Shown: positions 26,336 through 32,000 of the stretch, in pieces
How positions within the stretch are numbered: position 1 is the first letter of the stretch
Layout: every line of letters starts with the position of its first letter
NCBI GenBank assembly: GCA_945918795.1
Contig: CAMEIT010000005.1
Coordinates: forward strand, 2,946-34,945
Reading direction: 5' to 3'
Length of the DNA stretch: 32,000 nt
Source of the DNA: an uncultured Clostridia bacterium
GTDB lineage: Bacteria > Bacillota > Clostridia > HGM11327
Program-made: the position numbers and the translations under genes
The notes under the pieces: generated by a model
Database searches by the model: none
What the model was told of the DNA's origin: nothing
Seen by the model: only the letters and a program-made list of their open reading frames with translations

Positions 26336-27589
26336 TCAGCGTATCTGTCCGTTTCCGTAAATTCTGTATTTATATGCCGTAAGCTCGGCAAGCCCCATAG
26401 GTCCTCTTGCGTGAAGCTTTTGAGTTGAAATGCCCATCTCGCATCCGAGACCGAACTCACCGCCGTCTGTAAAGCGCGTCGAAGCATTTACGTATACAGC
26501 CGCGCTGTCAACAAGCGCAGTAAAAAGCTCTGCGTTTTCCTTATTTGATGTTATTATCGCATCGCTGTGATGCGTTGAATGTGAGGCGATATGATCTATT
26601 GCCTCTTCAATACTGTCAACAACCTTTACGGCAAGAATATAATTCAAAAATTCGGTATCAAAATCGTTTTCGCCTGCCGGAGTGCCCGAAATATAAGCCT
26701 TAGCCTTCTCATCGATTCTAAGCTCCACCGGAATTTTACCGTCTGCAATGCGCTTGTCAACAAGAAGCTCTTTTAAGCGCGGCAGGAAATTTTCCGCAAC
26801 ATCCTTATGCACTATGCAAACTTCTTCCGCATTGCAAACAGACGGTCTGCTTGTTTTTGCATTTTCTATTATTTTGAGTGCCATATCAATATCGGCGTAT
26901 TTATCCACATAAACGTGACAAATACCCGTTCCCGTCTCGATGCACGGAACTTTTGCATTATCAACGCAAGCGCGGATAAGCCCCGCTCCGCCTCTCGGAA
27001 TGAGCAAATCAACATATCCGACTGCCCTCATAAGCTCGTTTGCACTTGCACGCGATGTGTCCTGCACAAGATTTATAATATCGGGATCGAGTCCGCATTT
27101 TTCCAGCCCTTCACGCATTGCGTCGACAATGGCATTTGCAGAGCAGAATGCTTCTTTGCCGCTCCTCAAAACGACAACGTTTCCGCTTTTAAGCGCAAGT
27201 GCGGCCGCATCGGACGTAACATTCGGACGGCTCTCATAAATTATAGCCACAACACCCATAGGAACTCTCACTTTTTCAATAATGAGTCCGTTTGCGCGTT
27301 CAACCCTCGATAAAACCTCACCGACAGGGTCTGCAAGCGCCGCAACATCTCTTATGCCCTTTGCCATGCCTTCTATTCTTGCCTCGTCGAGCATAAGTCT
27401 GTCTATCATGACGGGATTCATCTGACCTCTTGCCGATTCAACGTCAGACGCATTTGCTTTGAGTATTGCGTCCTTATTTTGTATCAGCGAATCCGCCATA
27501 GCATACAATGCCGCATTTTTCCGGTCGGATGTTATATTCATATTGCGCTTTGCTTTCTTTGCGCGCTCTAAAATTTCAGCAGTTGTCAT
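26336..27589 (-). CDS. proA: glutamate-5-semialdehyde dehydrogenase
   Basis: Aldehyde dehydrogenase fold with YESRPNVT, the CNAEE catalytic Cys context and [11 protein letters not shown]. The track ATG 27598 abuts the SD GGAG with zero spacing. ATG 27589 (MTTAEIL) lies 9 nt after it, so I prefer that. Confidence 0.92.
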   Translation of the reverse strand: MTTAEILERAKKAKRNMNITSDRKNAALYAMADSLIQNKDAILKANASDVESARGQMNPVMIDRLMLDEARIEGMAKGIRDVAALADPVGEVLSRVERANGLIIEKVRVPMGVVAIIYESRPNVTSDAAALALKSGNVVVLRSGKEAFCSANAIVDAMREGLEKCGLDPDIINLVQDTSRASANELMRAVGYVDLLIPRGGAGLIRACVDNAKVPCIETGTGICHVYVDKYADIDMALKIIENAKTSRPSVCNAEEVCIVHKDVAENFLPRLKELLVDKRIADGKIPVELRIDEKAKAYISGTPAGENDFDTEFLNYILAVKVVDSIEEAIDHIASHSTHHSDAIITSNKENAELFTALVDSAAVYVNASTRFTDGGEFGLGCEMGISTQKLHARGPMGLAELTAYKYRIYGNGQIR

Positions 27590-27607
27590 AGCATTCATCT
27601 CCGTAAA

Positions 27608-28375
27608 TTATTTTTTACATACAAACTTCGTGCCGACGCTTTTCCCGTCAAGCAAATCGTAAAGCAAAGACGGGCGTGAACCGTTTGCAATTATCATGTC
27701 ACAGCCTTTTTCCATACATATCTGAGCCGCGTGCAATTTGGTTTTCATGCCGCCCGTACCGAGTGCTGTTCCCTTGCCTCCGCCAAGCTCGAGTATTTCG
27801 GGAGTAATCTCTTCAACACATTCAATGAGCTTTGCATTTTTGTCTTTATGCGGATCGGCTGTATAAAGCCCGTCTATGTCCGAAAGAAGAACAAGCAAGT
27901 CGGCATTTATGCTTACAGCCACAATCGCCGCCAAGGTATCGTTATCGCCGAGCGATATTTCTTCTGTCGCAACAGTGTCGTTCTCATTTATAACGGGCAA
28001 AGCTCCCAGCTCAAGCAAGCGATTTACCGTATTGCTGAAATTTTCATATCTGTCTTTGTGCTGAACATCGGAGCCCGTAATAAGTATCTGAGCCACCGTA
28101 TGATTATATTCGGAAAAAAGCTTGTCATATACATACATAAGCTCGCACTGACCAACCGCCGCCGCAGCCTGCTTTGTAGGCATATCGGACGGGCGTGCGC
28201 CAAGTGAAAGCTTGCCTATACCCATGGCAATAGCGCCCGATGACACGAGAATCATTTCATTGCCTGCGTTTTTTAAATCGCTCAGAACCTTACAAAGCTC
28301 TTCGACCGCGCGTATATTCAAACAGCCGGTACTGTGCGTAAGTGTAGATGTGCCGACTTTAACAACTATCTTCAT
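27608..28375 (-). CDS. proB: glutamate 5-kinase (short form, no PUA domain)
   Basis: MKIVVKVGTSTL, LVSSGAI, NENDTVA and DNDTLAA motifs. The track start 28444 is an extension across the promoter. ATG 28375 follows AAAGG. Confidence 0.92.
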   Translation of the reverse strand: MKIVVKVGTSTLTHSTGCLNIRAVEELCKVLSDLKNAGNEMILVSSGAIAMGIGKLSLGARPSDMPTKQAAAAVGQCELMYVYDKLFSEYNHTVAQILITGSDVQHKDRYENFSNTVNRLLELGALPVINENDTVATEEISLGDNDTLAAIVAVSINADLLVLLSDIDGLYTADPHKDKNAKLIECVEEITPEILELGGGKGTALGTGGMKTKLHAAQICMEKGCDMIIANGSRPSLLYDLLDGKSVGTKFVCKK

Positions 28376-28425
28376 AAAAACCAAACCTTTCAGTTTTATA
28401 TCAATCAAATATCGTTTATTTGTAT

Positions 28426-28454
28426 ATTTTACCACATAAATCAATGCCCGTCAA
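28426..28454 (-). promoter_or_regulatory. candidate sigmaA promoter of proBAC (TTGACG-17-TGgTAAAAT)
   Basis: Minus strand: TTGACG (28454..28449), 17-nt spacer, TGG TAAAAT (28434..28426). Confidence 0.55.
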
Positions 28455-28589
28455 TCATTTTTAATCCGTGCTGTCAAAAAATGCCCGAAAAAGCAATAAT
28501 CCGATTCTTTTTTGCATACCGCAAAATTCGGAATAATAAAAAAGATTCATCGCCAAACACGACAAATCTTTTTATTGCATATTTCTCAA

Positions 28590-29297
28590 TCAATCCTTCG
28601 CTTCGCCGTTTGTATCCGCCTTCGTCATGCGGTTGCGAATATTTTCCATTCTTTGGTCGAGCTGAGCGCTTATCTCGGCACACTCTATCAGCTCGCGTGA
28701 AAGATATTCCGATTCCTCATCGGAAATGTTTTTCTTATACCTGAGCTTATGCTCAAGACTTGCCCAAAAATCCATTGCTATCGTTCTGAGCTGAACCTCC
28801 GTGCGCATGAAGCGTTTTTCATTTTCAAGGAAAATAGGTATTTCGACAATCAGATGCAGACTTCTGTAACCGCTCGGCTTCGGATTTTTTATGTAATCGC
28901 GTTTTTCTATGAGCGTTACGTCGTCCTGCTGAAGCAGGCAGTCGGAAAGCATATAAATATCTTCGGGAAACGAACATATTATTCTTATTCCGGCAACATC
29001 ATTGAGATTTTTTTCAATCGATTCTATGTTTACCGGCAGATTCTTTCTTCTGAGCTTACCCGCAATGCTATCCATGGATTTCAATCTCGTTTTTATCGTC
29101 TCAATGGGATTTCTGTCGTACTGTATTGAAAACTGCTCGTTCAGAACCTTGAACTTCGTTTCAACCTCCATCATAGCACAGCGGTAATATGCCATGAGTC
29201 TGTTGAATGACATTATATTCTGCTGCACCATTTTCATGAAATCTTCGGTGATAACATCTTTCACAAGTTGATTTTTCACTTCATCAAATATAGCCAT
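28590..29297 (-). CDS. small alarmone synthetase (RelP/RelQ-type GTP pyrophosphokinase)
   Basis: Single RelA/SpoT synthetase domain: DVAGIRIICSF, KPSGYRSLHLIV, EVQLRTIAMDFWASLEHKLRYK. There is no hydrolase domain and no regulatory C-terminus. Confidence 0.88.
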   Translation of the reverse strand: MAIFDEVKNQLVKDVITEDFMKMVQQNIMSFNRLMAYYRCAMMEVETKFKVLNEQFSIQYDRNPIETIKTRLKSMDSIAGKLRRKNLPVNIESIEKNLNDVAGIRIICSFPEDIYMLSDCLLQQDDVTLIEKRDYIKNPKPSGYRSLHLIVEIPIFLENEKRFMRTEVQLRTIAMDFWASLEHKLRYKKNISDEESEYLSRELIECAEISAQLDQRMENIRNRMTKADTNGEAKD

Positions 29298-29419
29298 TTC
29301 TTTTTTTCCTTTTTTATGTCGGCTTATGCCGACTCTTTCGTTTATATGATAATATTCCTCGGTTAATAAGTTATTTTAATATTTTGTATAAATTGTAAAT
29401 TCATACTCAATTCCCGAAA

Positions 29420-32000
29420 TCAAAGCTTTACCGTTGCAACTGCATTCTCGGTAAAATCAAGCTCTTTCTTTTCAAGAACGCCATTGTGAACTATGCAAAG
29501 CGATGTACTCTTATATCCCTGAACCTTTATTTCTTTTTCGCAGACAACAAGCACCTCTGCATCACTGTTTTCAGTCCATGCCGCCGTATCACCCGATACA
29601 ACTATTTTTATCGGCTCACAGAAAGGCACCTCGAGCGGATAACTTTTTCCGTTAAGGACAAATTCCGCACTTCTCGTCAATGACGGATCATTATACCAGT
29701 CAACCGCGAGCACATATATGTGACGGCTGTTATCCTCCTGCTCATAAAGTGCAAACTGAACACGTTCATCGCATTTAATAAAGCTCTTCTCCTCGGCATT
29801 AAGGCTGTCGCTGAGCATCGTTATTACCTGTCTGTAAACAGGCTCAACAGACTTCTCGGCAGGATACTCTTTTGCATTTATCAAATATACAAAGCCTTTG
29901 CCCATGCCGTATTTTACAAGGAGCGGCGCACCGCTGTCCGTTGTTGAAATAACATCGGCATTGTCAAGCTTGAGAGCTTTATTTACATTAAGCTTCAATC
30001 CTCCAAGCGTATCCTCGGCAAAGTCAATGCCGTCTGCAAAATTACGCACAAATTCATGATCTATATATTCATGATTGAGCTTTATTACGTCGCTTCTCAG
30101 CACAGTCGTGCTCATGTGCGGCCAACCTATAACAAGCGTGCCTCCGTTTTCCACGTATTCACAAAGCTTATCAAAATCTTCCGCCAGAGCCTTATTGTAG
30201 CCCAAAAATGCGAGAACTTTATACGCCTGAAGCTTTTTTGCAGTACACTCTATCGGCACTGCATCGATATTTCCTCTCGGAGTACCCGTAAGCATTCCTA
30301 TTTCTCTGTCGCTCGGACACGGATGCAAATATATCTCGCCGTTTGCAACTTCAAGCGGATAAAAAATATTAAGCAGTTCCCAGCTTAGCTCCGGAGTCTC
30401 TGTATTAAAATCAGCTCTTGCCCAGACGGTATCTCTTCCGAATGAACGGAATCCGTCATATCTGCCGAAAACAAACGCAAACGGAGTATAGAACGAGCCT
30501 GTCCTTGAATGTGATGAAATATAATCGTAAAAATCCTGCTGCTGTTTTTTATGACTTAAGCAAGCATTGCTCTCCCTGTTGAAGTACGAATAATATTCTT
30601 CAAGGTGCCACAGTCCCTCTTCCGTATTTATGTCATGTATGCCCTGTATGTATGACGAATACAAAGATGCCCTGTAACGTCTGAACCTGTCGGGAGTATC
30701 GTGAGGCGTTGTTGACCACTGTATTGCAAGATGTCCGCCTATTTTTTTGCTGTCATAGCAATACGCCGCGCCTCTCATAAAAGCGGTTATCATTTCAAGC
30801 GGTCCGTACATAAGCTCTGCGCCTGACCATTCATAGCCTGCCTGATAAAAATACTTGAATGCAACAGACGGTCCCGTATGGCGCGTATGATCTGCTCTTG
30901 ACTCGGAAAGATTCTTCACAAGAAGCTTTGCCGCGCCCTCCATATCGTCCGGCACATTGTACGGGTCAACATAATTATACAGCTTTCCCGTTTTTTTATC
31001 GACTGTATAATTTCTCGGCATTGCCCTTGTGTTTACTGTTTCCGGATAATTGCGTACAAGACGCATCCAATAGTCCGAAACGGCACAGCCTATTCCCGTC
31101 ACCTCGCTGTGTCCCCAATATATGAAAGCGCCGTCGTATTCATGCGACTGTCTGCCCATGAAGCCTTTGCCCTCAAGCATTTTCAATGACGGGTTGGCAG
31201 TTGCGCCCGGGAATTCTCTTCCGTCAGTCATGTGAACATATTTCATGTTCATTTTGTTGAGAATATCCGTCACAAGGCTCCATGCGTCCTCATTGAGCAC
31301 CCTTGCTCCCGACCACCTGTAAGTCGGACGAATTGTGAGCAGATTTCCGATATTGTTTGATATGTACCATTCGAGATATTCTTCAATATCACTCATGCGC
31401 TCCTGATTGACGTAAATTATGTCACCCGTTCCCGTACAAACACCGTCATCCGCTTTTTCCACAACTCGGCAAAGAACGCACTCCTTTGACGTATTTTCCG
31501 TTTTAAGCGTGAATTTTATATCATTTGCGGGTTCTTTTGTATTGATCACAAATACGTTCAGACCTTTATTTTCAAATACCGTGCTTTGAGCCGAAAGCAA
31601 ACCCGATTCACATTCAAAATCAACCTTTATATTCGGCAGTAACGTTTTGACAAGAACCGACACCTGTGAATCGGCTTCGGCGTTTTTCGGGCATGCTATA
31701 ACGTTAAATTCGTCATTCTCGCGTATAAAATATCCCACCTCATGAATGCTGTACGGCATTGGGTTCGGATATGATGATACAAGCTTTATTTCAAGTCTGT
31801 TCTCGCCCGCCTTCATGAGACCGTCCGGTATATCGCATTCACATTCGGAATAACGATGACACCGTTCAAACATTTCGCCGGTGAAAAACGATGTTCCGTT
31901 GAGCTTTATATCAAATTCAGGCCATTCCTTTCTTGAAAGGTTATGCCCTATCCATGCACCTGCATCATGCGCAAGATAAGGCGGCTGAAAATCAGGCAAA
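29420..32000 (-). CDS. large uncharacterised protein, possibly a glycoside hydrolase (N-terminus may lie beyond the right edge)
   Basis: At least 859 codons are open to the window edge; the track start at 31999 is only a TTG. The N-terminal segment IKLNGTSFFTGEMFER...DIPDGLMKAGENRLEIKL resembles the sugar-binding beta-sandwich pattern of GH2-like enzymes. The segment AFLGYNKALAEDFDKLCEYVENGGTLVIGWPH resembles the glutamine-amidotransferase-like domain of GH42-type enzymes. The function call is weak. Confidence 0.7.
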   Translation of the reverse strand, partial: LPDFQPPYLAHDAGAWIGHNLSRKEWPEFDIKLNGTSFFTGEMFERCHRYSECECDIPDGLMKAGENRLEIKLVSSYPNPMPYSIHEVGYFIRENDEFNVIACPKNAEADSQVSVLVKTLLPNIKVDFECESGLLSAQSTVFENKGLNVFVINTKEPANDIKFTLKTENTSKECVLCRVVEKADDGVCTGTGDIIYVNQERMSDIEEYLEWYISNNIGNLLTIRPTYRWSGARVLNEDAWSLVTDILNKMNMKYVHMTDGREFPGATANPSLKMLEGKGFMGRQSHEYDGAFIYWGHSEVTGIGCAVSDYWMRLVRNYPETVNTRAMPRNYTVDKKTGKLYNYVDPYNVPDDMEGAAKLLVKNLSESRADHTRHTGPSVAFKYFYQAGYEWSGAELMYGPLEMITAFMRGAAYCYDSKKIGGHLAIQWSTTPHDTPDRFRRYRASLYSSYIQGIHDINTEEGLWHLEEYYSYFNRESNACLSHKKQQQDFYDYISSHSRTGSFYTPFAFVFGRYDGFRSFGRDTVWARADFNTETPELSWELLNIFYPLEVANGEIYLHPCPSDREIGMLTGTPRGNIDAVPIECTAKKLQAYKVLAFLGYNKALAEDFDKLCEYVENGGTLVIGWPHMSTTVLRSDVIKLNHEYIDHEFVRNFADGIDFAEDTLGGLKLNVNKALKLDNADVISTTDSGAPLLVKYGMGKGFVYLINAKEYPAEKSVEPVYRQVITMLSDSLNAEEKSFIKCDERVQFALYEQEDNSRHIYVLAVDWYNDPSLTRSAEFVLNGKSYPLEVPFCEPIKIVVSGDTAAWTENSDAEVLVVCEKEIKVQGYKSTSLCIVHNGVLEKKELDFTENAVATVKL

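Noticed and set aside
28376-28589. Possible T-box or other riboswitch upstream of proB
   Set aside because: I read the minus-strand leader. The promoter (28426..28454) leaves only ~45 nt of leader, with no T-box sequence, no specifier-loop architecture and no terminator. The upstream hairpins are better explained as the terminator region of the alarmone synthetase gene.
28590-29297. Small alarmone synthetase as a toxSAS toxin-antitoxin module
   Set aside because: Its sequence follows the housekeeping RelP/RelQ pattern. There is no small adjacent ORF that could be an antitoxin, and the flanking genes are proB and a large glycosidase-like ORF.

Overview
This is a core-chromosome segment of a moderately AT-rich Firmicute with Clostridia-type gene order; I cannot name the species. 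I call 30 protein-coding genes plus one pseudogene. All are on the minus strand except lgt.

Gene order, reading left to right on the + strand:
- polC (5' part), ispG, rseP, dxr, cdsA, uppS
- two tandem paralogous lipoprotein genes
- a decayed HUH/Y1 transposase relic carrying two GC-rich hairpins
- pyrG, then tsf and rpsB, then pdxT and pdxS
- an Rrf2 regulator divergent from lgt
- U32 peptidase (YrrO/TrhP-like), O-methyltransferase (YrrM/TrmR-like), mltG, a small lipoprotein, kdgK, eda
- mrnC, comFC, recD2, a small membrane protein, proC, proA, proB
- a small alarmone synthetase
- a large partial glycosidase-like ORF

I saw no rRNA, tRNA, CRISPR array or intact mobile element. Several ORF-track starts are alternative-codon extensions, and I trimmed them to the ATG that has a Shine-Dalgarno sequence.

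The only clearly accessory stretch is about 6.3-10.9 kb. There the near-universal rpsB-tsf-pyrH-frr-uppS-cdsA cluster lacks pyrH and frr. In their place sit pyrG, the transposase relic and the duplicated lipoprotein genes.

I did not find a convincing new multi-gene system such as a defence island or toxin-antitoxin pair. The oddities most worth checking are:
1. The transposase relic and its REP-like hairpin pair.
2. The lipoprotein duplication with a homogenised 5' module and an (FD)n tail.
3. An orphan perfect-consensus + strand promoter at 14269..14297 with no protein target, which could drive an sRNA or an antisense transcript.
4. Structured leaders upstream of pdxS, pyrG, rpsB and uppS.

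All calls come from reading the sequence and recalling family motifs. No database search was run.
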